This document shows positions 1-9,378 of a stretch of 64,000 nt of DNA, piece after piece. Made by a program: the position numbers and the translations under genes. The stretch is from NCBI GenBank assembly GCA_964584475.1, contig CAZPAF010000001.1, positions 22,094 through 86,093 on the forward strand, in the 5' to 3' direction. The notes under the pieces are model-generated. The model ran no database searches. It was not told the origin of the DNA and was given only the letters and a program-made list of their open reading frames with translations. Numbering within the stretch: the stretch's first letter is position 1; each line of letters begins with the position of its first letter. Origin of the DNA: an uncultured Lachnospiraceae bacterium. GTDB lineage: Bacteria > Bacillota > Clostridia > TANB77 > CAG-508.

Positions 1-252
1 TACTTCATTAGTATTATACATTGGAACAATAACACTAATCTTTGGAGAATATTCAAATTTATAATTTTCTTGTCTTTCAATTTCTTCTTGACTTAAATTG
101 TTTTTCTCCATCCAAATTTTATATTGTTCTTGGTTTGTTTTTCTATTTTCTTTTATGTGAAATGCTCTTTTAAAAATCTTTTTAGAAACCTCTAAAAAAC
201 CATATCTTCTAAAATAATATTTAACTTTATTTAAATTATTTTTTATATCCAT
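1..252 (-). CDS. Glycosyltransferase family 2, N-terminal fragment (gene runs off the left edge of the window)
   Basis: Not in the ORF track. My reverse-complement translation from the ATG at 250-252 gives MDIKNNLNKVKYYFRRYGF...YSPKISVIVPMYNTNEV. This is collinear with the N-terminus of the 646-aa GT2 at 693-2633. A 26-nt identical stretch occurs at 11-36 and 2374-2399. Confidence 0.75.
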   Translation of the reverse strand, partial: MDIKNNLNKVKYYFRRYGFLEVSKKIFKRAFHIKENRKTNQEQYKIWMEKNNLSQEEIERQENYKFEYSPKISVIVPMYNTNEV

Positions 253-275
253 ATTTTTTTACTCTTTTCAAAATA

Positions 276-671
276 TTACATATATCTTACTGCTGATAAT
301 GGAAGACCTATACAAATAGTACCCAGAATAATGATTATTGCAGATAAAAATCTTTTTCCTTTTGGAACATTTTTTGTAATTATTATTGGACTCAATATTA
401 TTTGTAACAACAAATATATTGACATTCCAGCATCATTTAAATCATTTGCATCAACTGGTGGCTTACTTTCACCATCAGCCACAAGTAAACAACCATTGCA
501 GTGAGGAACTGTATTAAAAAAGCAATTCATGTGCAAAATAAATAAACATACTGGTATTAATATCGTACAAATAACTAATCTTGTATATCTTTTTTCAGGT
601 TTTGCTGTATATATAATCAACATTGTTACTAAAAATACAACAATTTGAAAAGTAAACGTATATATATTCAT
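276..671 (-). CDS. Small polytopic membrane protein, unknown function
   Basis: 131-aa ORF with about 4 hydrophobic segments and a Cys-rich loop (HMNCFFNTVPHCNGC). It lies between two GT2 paralogs. No family recognised. Confidence 0.5.
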   Translation of the reverse strand: MNIYTFTFQIVVFLVTMLIIYTAKPEKRYTRLVICTILIPVCLFILHMNCFFNTVPHCNGCLLVADGESKPPVDANDLNDAGMSIYLLLQIILSPIIITKNVPKGKRFLSAIIIILGTICIGLPLSAVRYM

Positions 672-692
672 AATTTACTTAATTCCTTTTAT

Positions 693-2633
693 TTATTTTC
701 TTTTCTTTTTTATTATTTCTTCTTCACCATAATAATTAACTTTTATATTTTTCATATGATATACTTCTGTATCTAAACTTAAGTTTACATTATAGTAGGG
801 ATCTCCTGAATCTAAGATTTCTCCCCATTTTTGTTCAAATCTACAAATTTCACCTTGGAATCTTTTTATTTTTTCTGGTGAATCTTCTTGGCCTCTAGAT
901 TTAGATTCAAAGTGCCAGAATTCAACAAACGGATTAAATACAACTAAGTATCCTTTTTCTCTTATTTTTAAACAGAAATCAACATCATTAAATGCAACAG
1001 CTAACGTTTCGTCCATCCAATCAACTTCTTCATACAGTCTTGTTTTAGCCATTAAGCAAGCTCCTGTTACAGCACTTAAATTTTCTATCATTGATTCTTT
1101 TGCAAAATATCCATGTCCATCTTTTGGAATACTTTTAAATCTATTTCCAGCAATTCCACCAATACCAACTATTATACCAGCATGTTGAATTGTTTCATCT
1201 GGGAAATATAGTTTAACTCCAACTGCTCCCACATCATCTCTTTGACAGAAGCCAACCATTAATTCAAGCCAATTTGGTGTCATAAGTTCTGTGTCATTGT
1301 TTAATTGAATTGAATATTCTCCTTCAGCAAATCTAACACCAAAATTAATTATTGCAGAATAATTAAATCCTGGTTTTACTTCTCTTCTATTTTTATTTGT
1401 AAATTCTAAACTACATTCATTTTCGTCTTTAATTTCTTTTCCTGTGTTGTAGTTTACAACTCTTACTTTTTCGTTTTTAATTATTTCTTTATAGTATTCA
1501 TATATTTCTTCAGAAGTACTATTATTTTCAACTACTATAATTTCATAATTTGAATAAGTTGTTTTTTCTAAAACTGAATCCACACAAACTTTTAAGATAT
1601 CTTTTCCGTCTTTGTTTGGAATAACAATAGAAACTTTAGGATTTCCAATTACTTTGTAATCTACTCTGTAGATTCCTTCTATACATCCTTCTGAAACAGT
1701 ACCATCTAAACCAACTCTTTTTAAGTGATCTTCTATTGCTTTTTTACCAGCTTCAAATGCATAATTTTTAGCATTACTATTTAATTTAGCAGTTGACTCA
1801 CTATGTACTCTCCAGTGATAAAGAATCTTTGGAATATGAGTAATATTTTCTGGTTTTGCTACTTCTGACATTCTTAAGAAAATATCGTAATCTTGAGCCC
1901 CATCATAATCAGCTCTAAATCCTTCTAGTTTATCCATTAAGTCTTTTCTAAAAATACTAAAATGGCAAATATAATTTTGACATCTTAATGTGTCTGGTGC
2001 AAAATCTGGTTTGAAATACGCATCATATCTATTATCGTTTTCATCGATTTTATCTTCGTCTGAATATAAGAATTCTGAATTAGGGAACTTATTAATTGCA
2101 TATACAACTTCATATAAAGCATAATCAGCTAGAATATCATCATGGTCTAAAAGTGCAATATAATCACCTGTTGCCATTTCGATTGCTGCATTTGTATTTC
2201 CCGAAATTCCTTTATTTTCATTTAAAAATTTATATTTAATTCTTTCATCTTGTTCGATATATTTTTTAAAATTTTCATTTTGTTTTGGACTTCCGTCAGC
2301 TAAGCAAAGTTCCCAATTTGAATATGTTTGGTTTATCATACAATTAACCAAATCTTTAAAGAATTTTTCCTTTGTATTATACATTGGAACAATAACACTG
2401 ATTTTAGGTGCAATTTTAAATTCAACTTTCATTTGTTTTTTTAGATCTGCATCTTTTGGTTCATTATATTTTATCCATCCGCCATAATCACCATATTGCA
2501 AATCTTTTTCACCTTTTAATGTTCTAATTACTTTTCTTAAAACAGTTTTAATACATTTTTTTACTGTTTTAACAAATCCATATTTTTTAATATAAAATTT
2601 TATTTGATTAATTCTATGTTTAATTATATTCAT
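693..2633 (-). CDS. Two-domain glycosyltransferase family 2 (tandem GT-A modules)
   Basis: First module: ISVIVPMYNT...LADGS...LLDHDD. Second module: VSIVIPNKDG...VVENNS...LNNDTE. This is the architecture of polymerising GTs in ABC-transporter-dependent glycan pathways. Confidence 0.85.
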   Translation of the reverse strand: MNIIKHRINQIKFYIKKYGFVKTVKKCIKTVLRKVIRTLKGEKDLQYGDYGGWIKYNEPKDADLKKQMKVEFKIAPKISVIVPMYNTKEKFFKDLVNCMINQTYSNWELCLADGSPKQNENFKKYIEQDERIKYKFLNENKGISGNTNAAIEMATGDYIALLDHDDILADYALYEVVYAINKFPNSEFLYSDEDKIDENDNRYDAYFKPDFAPDTLRCQNYICHFSIFRKDLMDKLEGFRADYDGAQDYDIFLRMSEVAKPENITHIPKILYHWRVHSESTAKLNSNAKNYAFEAGKKAIEDHLKRVGLDGTVSEGCIEGIYRVDYKVIGNPKVSIVIPNKDGKDILKVCVDSVLEKTTYSNYEIIVVENNSTSEEIYEYYKEIIKNEKVRVVNYNTGKEIKDENECSLEFTNKNRREVKPGFNYSAIINFGVRFAEGEYSIQLNNDTELMTPNWLELMVGFCQRDDVGAVGVKLYFPDETIQHAGIIVGIGGIAGNRFKSIPKDGHGYFAKESMIENLSAVTGACLMAKTRLYEEVDWMDETLAVAFNDVDFCLKIREKGYLVVFNPFVEFWHFESKSRGQEDSPEKIKRFQGEICRFEQKWGEILDSGDPYYNVNLSLDTEVYHMKNIKVNYYGEEEIIKKKRK

Positions 2634-2642
2634 TTCTTTCTC

Positions 2643-4277
2643 CTATTTATTTTTTCTAAATGCACTTGATATTGTTCTTATTGGTTTAGTAATCTTCCAT
2701 GATAAAGAATTTGAAATTGCTCTTAATTGATTTGCATAATCTTCTAATCCTGCATCTTTTTCTTTTATTAATTTGTTTAAATCTTCAATTCCGTTTCTAT
2801 ATTCATTTACTAAAGCTTCTAAATTTTTAATGTGTTCATTTGCAGCATCTAATTTTGCTTCATAACTTTCAACAAAGTTTTTAGAACCGCCTAAGCTTTT
2901 TGTTGAATTTCTGTGTAGTTCCCACATTCCTTCGTCTACAATATTTCCTTGAAGTATTGTTTCTAATTTTTCAAAAACTTCAATATACTCTACCAAATTT
3001 AATTTTTTATAAATTTTATTTATATCTGTTTTTTTCTTTAATTCTGTAAAATAGAAAATTGCTCTATATAAAATAAATTCAACTGGTACATCCTCTTCAT
3101 ACCATTCTTGGTCATAGGCAAATATTTTGTTTCCTTTTACCAAACAATTTTGGAATATTAAATCTAGAATTCCGTTTTTAGTAAAATGTAATTTTTCTTT
3201 TAATTCATTTGATATTTCTACATTATATTTTTCAAAAACCGTGTTATTTATGTCAAAACTATTATTATCTTTTTTGTTTTCTAATAACTTATCTAACATC
3301 TCAGTTTTAAATTCTTTAATGTGTTTGATTACTTCTTCTAGTCCTTTTTTGTTATAAATTTCCATTAAAACTTCATCAAAAGATTTTGCATCAGGTAAGA
3401 ATTTACTGATAATCATATCTTTTTCGAATTTATCTAAACAATCAATTTTTGCGTCATCTAAAACTTTAATATTTCTTGAAATATTTTTTATATGATCTTT
3501 TGCAGATTCGTTATCTGCTGTTTTTTCTACTATATTTTTTCTTATAACAGTTTTAATTCTATGATGTTCTTTTCTTGTAATTCCATATCCAACATATCTG
3601 ATATCTTGAAATCTATCTTTTTCTGCGACTTCTATAAAAAACGAATTTGCAAAAAATGGGAATTGATTTTTATCTTCATTTAATAATTGTTTATATGCTT
3701 CTCTTTCAGAGAAAACTAAAAGTTCTCCATCTTTGCAATATGTTAAGTCTCTTGCATCTATACTATCATTTGTTGGTAGGTATTCATCTGAAAAAATAAC
3801 ATTTGCTGTTTTGTAATCTGGGAGTGGATAATAAAATTTATATTTTAATTTTAAATCATCTAAAATTGATTTTATTTTTGCTATCCCAAATACATTTTCT
3901 TTTTTACTTACAATGTTTCCAAATATTTCAGAATTTTCAGACTCTTTTTCTCCAGTCCAATACTTCATTCCAAATTTATTTTTCATTGCAATTAAAATTC
4001 TTCCATCTCTTGTTAAACAACTTTTTGCAAAAGCAATTAAATCAACAATTTCTTTTTCTGTTTGAAGTTTTTCAAAATTTCCAATTAATGTTACATAATC
4101 AAAATTTGCTTTCATTTCAAATTCATCAATCTTTTCAATTACTACTACTTTATTTGTTTTCTTTAAAAGTTCTTTATGTATTTCTTCATCTTCTCCAACT
4201 TGAAGAACGGTATCCTTCGCTTCTATTGGATACCAACTTATAATATTTTTTTTGAATTTTAATAAATCAACTTCCAT
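2643..4277 (-). CDS. Methyltransferase-fold protein with long C-terminal coiled coil (WbdD-like chain terminator/ruler candidate)
   Basis: The N-terminus has class I MTase-like blocks (DYVTLIGNFE; DGRILIAMKNKFGMKYWTG), but motif I reads VLQVGEDEE rather than GxGxG. The C-terminal ~70 aa is heptad-like (AKLDAANEHIKNLEALVNEYRNGIEDLNKLIKEKDAGLEDYANQL). Confidence 0.6.
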   Translation of the reverse strand: MEVDLLKFKKNIISWYPIEAKDTVLQVGEDEEIHKELLKKTNKVVVIEKIDEFEMKANFDYVTLIGNFEKLQTEKEIVDLIAFAKSCLTRDGRILIAMKNKFGMKYWTGEKESENSEIFGNIVSKKENVFGIAKIKSILDDLKLKYKFYYPLPDYKTANVIFSDEYLPTNDSIDARDLTYCKDGELLVFSEREAYKQLLNEDKNQFPFFANSFFIEVAEKDRFQDIRYVGYGITRKEHHRIKTVIRKNIVEKTADNESAKDHIKNISRNIKVLDDAKIDCLDKFEKDMIISKFLPDAKSFDEVLMEIYNKKGLEEVIKHIKEFKTEMLDKLLENKKDNNSFDINNTVFEKYNVEISNELKEKLHFTKNGILDLIFQNCLVKGNKIFAYDQEWYEEDVPVEFILYRAIFYFTELKKKTDINKIYKKLNLVEYIEVFEKLETILQGNIVDEGMWELHRNSTKSLGGSKNFVESYEAKLDAANEHIKNLEALVNEYRNGIEDLNKLIKEKDAGLEDYANQLRAISNSLSWKITKPIRTISSAFRKNK

Positions 4278-4351
4278 AATAAAATTCCTTTTATATTTTT
4301 TATTTATAAATATTTAATTTTAAACATTAATAAAATTCTTTTTATTTTATT

Positions 4352-5653
4352 CTATTGTTTTTCAACATTAATCTCTGAATCTAATCTTACTATTCCAACA
4401 GTATTTTTTGTTGTTATTATTTCAACTAAAATAGCATCATATTTTCTACTTAAAGCCTCTAATTCTCCTGACAGATTATATTTTGTACAACTAAAAGATA
4501 ATGTATATTTTCCTGGAGCCACTGGTACTTTTTGAACAAATTCTACGACTGCCACTTCATCTTTATCAAATGTTCCTGTTATAACTTTTTCAATATTTGT
4601 ATTAGTTCCAGCTATATCTTTTCCTGTAAAATCTTTTATTGTCATTGTAAAGATTGGATCTTTTACTTCAGTAAAAAATTTTACTTTTGATTTGAAAGTT
4701 ATAACATCACCATTATCAAAAGTTGTCACTAAGTTTCCTTCTGAATCAAATACACCGTAATCAAAAACTTCTGCTTCTTCTGTTCCATATTCAATCATGT
4801 TTGGATTTTGATTCATTTTATCTTTCCAAAGTTCTCCATCAACACTATCTGAAGATTTAGCTTTTGATGCTTTAATTTTTTCTTGTTTTTCTTTTTCTTT
4901 CTTTTCAGCTTCATCTGGATCAATTCCAACTATAATTTTTTTGTATCTATTCACTCCATCTTTAACTGTTCCATCAAATGTCTTTTTTCCATTTTCTAAA
5001 ATGATTGCTCTATTACAATTTGTTAAAACATCGTTTATATTGTGAGTTACAAATATAATTGTTTTTCCTTTATTTTTAAATTGTTCAAACTTTTTAAAAC
5101 ATTTTAATTGGAATGCCATATCTCCAACTGATAAAACTTCATCAACAATTAAAATATCTGGATCAACATTTATTGCACATGCAAAAGCTAAACGAGCAAA
5201 CATACCTGAAGAATAAGTTTTTACTGGTTGTGATAAATGTTCTCCTATATCTGCAAAATCAATTATTTCTTGTTCTTTTTCTTTTATTTCTTTATCAGAA
5301 AGCCCCATAACTTGTCCATGTTGATATATATTTTCATACCCTGTAAGTTCTGGATTAAATGCAGCTCCAAGTTCTAGAAGTGAACTTATTTTCCCATTTA
5401 CTTCTAAACTTCCTGAAGTAGGACTTACAACACCTGTTATCATTTTAAGTAGTGTTGATTTTCCTGCACCATTTTTTCCTAAAATTCCTAATACTTCACC
5501 TTTTCTAATTTCTAAATCTAGATTATCCATTGCTCTAAATGTAGAATGTTTTTTGTATCCTGGAAGCACTGCTTCTAATAATCTATCTTTTTTATTTGAA
5601 TACATTTTATATTCTTTTACTAAATTAGAAATTTTTATTACTGTATCGCTCAT
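4352..5653 (-). CDS. Polysaccharide/teichoic-acid export ABC transporter ATP-binding protein (Wzt/TagH-like) with C-terminal extra domain
   Basis: Walker A GKNGAGKST, signature YSSGM, Walker B ILIVDE. A ~190-aa beta-rich C-terminal extension follows a Lys/Glu linker (Wzt_C-like). I prefer the ATG at 5653 (GAAAGGAAAAG upstream) over the TTG at 5668 used by the ORF track. Confidence 0.9.
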   Translation of the reverse strand: MSDTVIKISNLVKEYKMYSNKKDRLLEAVLPGYKKHSTFRAMDNLDLEIRKGEVLGILGKNGAGKSTLLKMITGVVSPTSGSLEVNGKISSLLELGAAFNPELTGYENIYQHGQVMGLSDKEIKEKEQEIIDFADIGEHLSQPVKTYSSGMFARLAFACAINVDPDILIVDEVLSVGDMAFQLKCFKKFEQFKNKGKTIIFVTHNINDVLTNCNRAIILENGKKTFDGTVKDGVNRYKKIIVGIDPDEAEKKEKEKQEKIKASKAKSSDSVDGELWKDKMNQNPNMIEYGTEEAEVFDYGVFDSEGNLVTTFDNGDVITFKSKVKFFTEVKDPIFTMTIKDFTGKDIAGTNTNIEKVITGTFDKDEVAVVEFVQKVPVAPGKYTLSFSCTKYNLSGELEALSRKYDAILVEIITTKNTVGIVRLDSEINVEKQ

Positions 5654-5679
5654 CGCTTTTCCTTTCAAAATATCGATTT

Positions 5680-6639
5680 TTATTTTTTAAACTTATACAA
5701 AATTTTAGCAAATATTGGTAAATTAAGTATCGCAAAATTTTGTAAGTTATAGCTTAATCCTTCGTATTTATAAAGCTTTATAAATAGTCCCCATCCTTTA
5801 AAGTTTATGTTCTTTTTAGTTTCTAACATTTCATAATATTCTAAAGCTTTTTTATTTAATTTCTTAACTTCTTCAGATTTAAATTTATCTTCATTTTCTA
5901 TAAATACTTTAAAATGTTCTTTTTTTACTTGTATAAATAAACTTCTTATTTCATCTATTGATTTTAATTCATCTGATTTTTTCTTTGAACCAACTTTATT
6001 GTTTTTGTGTTGTCTATATTTAATTAGTGGCTCTTCAATATAAGCTATTTTTCCGTTTTGACTTATTATTAAAGAAATCCAATAATCGTGAAGTACAAAT
6101 TTACTTGTGTTTGGTAGTGGCATAAATGTATTTATTAATTCTTTTCTAGAAATTAATGTACATCCTGTTACGAAGTTATTTAAATACAAACTTTCAAAAT
6201 TATTGTATTTTTTTATCTTGTTATAAATTCCTTTTAGTTTCCAATAAGAACTATAAGTAACATTTAAGTTTTCATCAACTACTTCTAAATCTGAATATAC
6301 TAAATCAAATCCTTCTTCAATTTTATTTAAAGATTTTTCAATTTTTGTTTCTTTCCAAATATCATCTTGATCTGAAAACATGTAATATTTAGATTCTACT
6401 TTACCAAGTAAAAATTCAAAATTTTTAACAACACCAAGATTATTTTCTTGAAAAAATACTTCTATTCTACCGTCTTTTTCTTTATATTCATTTAAAACAT
6501 CTCTTGTTCCGTCTGTTGATCCATCATCAGAAATTAATAATCTAAATTCTGTATGAGTTTGATTTAAAATACTATCTATTTGTTCTCTTAAATACATTTC
6601 TCCGTTATATGTTGCAAGCAATATATCAACTTTTTCCAT
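5680..6639 (-). CDS. Glycosyltransferase family 2 (rhamnosyltransferase-like)
   Basis: VDILLATYNGEMYLREQIDSILNQT...LISDDGSTDGT...SDQDD motifs. Confidence 0.85.
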   Translation of the reverse strand: MEKVDILLATYNGEMYLREQIDSILNQTHTEFRLLISDDGSTDGTRDVLNEYKEKDGRIEVFFQENNLGVVKNFEFLLGKVESKYYMFSDQDDIWKETKIEKSLNKIEEGFDLVYSDLEVVDENLNVTYSSYWKLKGIYNKIKKYNNFESLYLNNFVTGCTLISRKELINTFMPLPNTSKFVLHDYWISLIISQNGKIAYIEEPLIKYRQHKNNKVGSKKKSDELKSIDEIRSLFIQVKKEHFKVFIENEDKFKSEEVKKLNKKALEYYEMLETKKNINFKGWGLFIKLYKYEGLSYNLQNFAILNLPIFAKILYKFKK

Positions 6640-6656
6640 TTTTTACCTCTACCATT

Positions 6657-7451
6657 TTATAATACATCTGCAAAATCTTTTTTAGTCTTTTTAAACACAT
6701 GATTTCCCCATGCAAATATTATTACTGTAATTATCCAGAACACTGCTGTAAATATTCCATTTTGCTCTGTTATAATAGTTGAATTTGCCATAAAGGCTTG
6801 TCTAAATCCTTCAACTAAATATGTGAATGGACTACATTTAAATACATTTGTAAGTATTGGGTGTCCAGCCATCATATCTAAATTCCAGATAATTGGTGTA
6901 AACCACATACATAATTGAATTAATATATTTAACAATTGTGCAAAGTCTGGAACTATTGTTGTTAGTGCAGATGTAAATCTTGTAAGCGCTATTATGAAAC
7001 ATATTGCACATAATAATATATAAAATACATTTAAAAAGTTTGGTACATATCCAAATATTGAAGATACAACAACTGCTATACACATTAAAAATATCCCTAT
7101 AAAGCTAGATGAGGTTAGTGATATTACTGGTATAATATCTACTGGAAATACAACTTTTTTTACTAAGTAACTATAATTTCTTATTGAGTTACTTGCTGTA
7201 AGTATTGCATCACTACAATACATCCACATTGACATTCCAGGTAAAAACCACACTACATAAGGATATTCTCCATTACTTCCTGTATTCATTATATATTGAA
7301 ATACTATTACGTAAGTTAGCATAAATACAAATGGTTGTGCAAACCCCCAAATTGTTCCTAAACTAGTACTTGCGAATCTATTTCTAAAATCATTTCTTCC
7401 AAGTTTCATTGCAATTTTTCTGTTTTTATAAAGTGTTTTAAAAAATTCCAT
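6657..7451 (-). CDS. ABC-2 type polysaccharide export permease (Wzm/TagG-like)
   Basis: 264 aa with 6 hydrophobic spans and an N-terminal LGRNDFRNRFASTSLGTIWGFAQP block typical of ABC-2 permeases. RBS AAGGAAG. Forms an operon with the Wzt-like ATPase. Confidence 0.85.
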   Translation of the reverse strand: MEFFKTLYKNRKIAMKLGRNDFRNRFASTSLGTIWGFAQPFVFMLTYVIVFQYIMNTGSNGEYPYVVWFLPGMSMWMYCSDAILTASNSIRNYSYLVKKVVFPVDIIPVISLTSSSFIGIFLMCIAVVVSSIFGYVPNFLNVFYILLCAICFIIALTRFTSALTTIVPDFAQLLNILIQLCMWFTPIIWNLDMMAGHPILTNVFKCSPFTYLVEGFRQAFMANSTIITEQNGIFTAVFWIITVIIFAWGNHVFKKTKKDFADVL

Positions 7452-7486
7452 AATTCTTCCTTTTTTACCAATTAAATTTCCAAGTA

Positions 7487-7515
7487 ATTATATCATTAAC
7501 GCCTATAAATATCAA
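7487..7515 (-). promoter_or_regulatory. Sigma-A-type promoter for the wzm-wzt transcription unit
   Basis: The minus strand reads TTGATA-17 nt-TATAAT. It lies between the galE terminator and the wzm start. Confidence 0.5.
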
Positions 7516-7551
7516 CTTTTTTATGTGTTCATTTTGTAAATTTTTAAGCAT

Positions 7552-7580
7552 AAAAAAATGGCTTTTTAAGCCATTTTTTA
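7552..7580 (-). terminator. Rho-independent terminator after galE
   Basis: Hairpin atggctt-ttt-aagccat, flanked by an A-run and a T-run. It overlaps the galE stop codon. Confidence 0.6.
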
Positions 7581-8573
7581 CATATTATTTTTTTCATATT
7601 CCCAAGAATCTTTGCAGATATCTTCTAATGTTTTTTCTGTTTTCCACTCAAGTTCATTTAGTGCTTTTGTAGGATCTGCATAATACTCTGCTAAATCTCC
7701 AGCTCTTCTTTCTACAATTTTATAATTAACATTTAAATTATTTACCTTTTCAAATGTAGTCACAAGTTCCATAACGCTAACGCCTTTTCCTGAACCTAGA
7801 TTGTAAATATTTAAACCTTTTTTCATTTTATCTAAAGCACATACGTGTCCTTTAGCTAAGTCTACAACATGTATATAATCTCTTACACCAGTACCATCAA
7901 CAGTTGGATAATCATTTCCAAAAATACTTAAAATTTCTAATTTTCCAGATGCAACTTTCATAACATAAGGCATTAAATTATTAGGTATTCCATTAGGCTC
8001 TTCTCCGATTAATCCACTTTCATGTGCACCTACTGGATTGAAATATCTTAAAATTGAAATATCCCAAGAATTATCTGATGCATATAAATCTTCTAATATT
8101 TTTTCTATCATCGCTTTTGTTGTTCCATAAGGATTTGTAGTCTCGCCTCTTCCCATTTCTTCAACATATTTAGGATTTCCTGGGTCTCCATATACAGTTG
8201 CAGATGAACTAAATACTAATTTTTTTACATTATGTTTTTGCATTACTTCTAAAAGATTTATTGTAGATTGTAAATTGTTAGAATAATACATTAACGGTTT
8301 TTTTACAGATTCGCCAACAGCTTTGTATCCTGCAAAATGAATAACTGCATCAATTTCATTTTCCTCAAAAATTTCTTCTAACTTTTCTTTTTCAAGCAAA
8401 TCATATTTATATAATTTAAATCTAATTCCTGTTATTTGTTCTAGTTTATCTATAACTTCTTCTTTGCTATTATATAAATTATCAACAATAATAACTTCAT
8501 GACCTTTTTTTGAAAGTTCAACACATGTATGTGAACCAATAAAACCAAGTCCACCTGTAACTAAAATTCTCAT
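7578..8573 (-). CDS. galE: UDP-glucose 4-epimerase
   Basis: MRILVTGGLGFIGSH Rossmann motif, S...YGTTK catalytic motif, 331 aa, full-length collinearity with GalE. Confidence 0.9.
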   Translation of the reverse strand: MRILVTGGLGFIGSHTCVELSKKGHEVIIVDNLYNSKEEVIDKLEQITGIRFKLYKYDLLEKEKLEEIFEENEIDAVIHFAGYKAVGESVKKPLMYYSNNLQSTINLLEVMQKHNVKKLVFSSSATVYGDPGNPKYVEEMGRGETTNPYGTTKAMIEKILEDLYASDNSWDISILRYFNPVGAHESGLIGEEPNGIPNNLMPYVMKVASGKLEILSIFGNDYPTVDGTGVRDYIHVVDLAKGHVCALDKMKKGLNIYNLGSGKGVSVMELVTTFEKVNNLNVNYKIVERRAGDLAEYYADPTKALNELEWKTEKTLEDICKDSWEYEKNNM

Positions 8574-8585
8574 AATACACCTCTT

Positions 8586-9362
8586 TTAATTTTCTAAACT
8601 TTTTGTCGCTTCATTTCCAACATATTTATATATAGACCAAAATGTTGTATCAGCCATTTTTTCAAACCCATAATCTTCCATTGGTTCTGATAAAACTACT
8701 GGTTTATAATACACAACATAATTTGATTTTGTGTTTATTGCATATGTTGCCACATATTTAACATTTCCAGAATTCATTGCTTGCAAAAGAGGATCATCAC
8801 CGTATCCTTCTGGTCTTCTTCTATATGTTAAATCTATATCTGATGTTATTTGTCTTATATATGGTGTTAAATTTTCTGTAACTAAAGCTTTCTTATTTTC
8901 CAAATTATCAGCTTCTATTAATTGTGCTACTAGAACTGCATCATCTGGTAATTTATAAAGGTTTCCTACTTTTTCAAAGTTATCTTCACTATATACATAT
9001 TCGCCACTTATAATAACTATTGTTAATAAGCAAATTGTTACCAATATTTTTTGAGTTGTTTCTTTTTGTTCTGCAACAAATTTAATAATTGCATATCCGA
9101 TTGTTATTCCTATTGGTAATAACCAATATACTCTCCAGTATACAGATTCTGTAAATATTTTTCCAACAACTTTATTAAATAAAGGATTTAATGTAACAAA
9201 CAAAACAATTAATGGAAAATATATAAATAAGCATTTTTTCTTTTTATTCTCTTCCTTAAAATAAATATATAACATTGCTATGAAAAAAAGTGCTAAATAC
9301 ATTCCTGTACCTTTAAATTCTGCAAATGTATTTTTAATTATTTGAATATTTTCTTGAAACAT
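8586..9362 (-). CDS. Membrane protein with C-terminal extracytoplasmic domain, unknown function
   Basis: About 4 N-terminal TM segments followed by a ~130-aa soluble part. The ATG at 9362 is preceded by GGAGG plus 5 nt (the ORF-track TTG at 9374 is less likely). Confidence 0.55.
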   Translation of the reverse strand: MFQENIQIIKNTFAEFKGTGMYLALFFIAMLYIYFKEENKKKKCLFIYFPLIVLFVTLNPLFNKVVGKIFTESVYWRVYWLLPIGITIGYAIIKFVAEQKETTQKILVTICLLTIVIISGEYVYSEDNFEKVGNLYKLPDDAVLVAQLIEADNLENKKALVTENLTPYIRQITSDIDLTYRRRPEGYGDDPLLQAMNSGNVKYVATYAINTKSNYVVYYKPVVLSEPMEDYGFEKMADTTFWSIYKYVGNEATKSLEN

Positions 9363-9378
9363 TTTTACCTCCAAAGCT

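Noticed and set aside
3127-4243. Three plus-strand ORFs (76, 63 and 146 aa) inside the methyltransferase-fold gene
   Set aside because: All are antisense to a long, motif-bearing ORF. Their Leu/Phe/Gln-rich products are junk-like.
6838-7083. 81-aa minus-strand ORF nested in a different frame of the Wzm permease gene
   Set aside because: It lies out of frame inside a clearly coding permease. The product is Cys/Ile/Tyr/Asn-rich and there is no SD.
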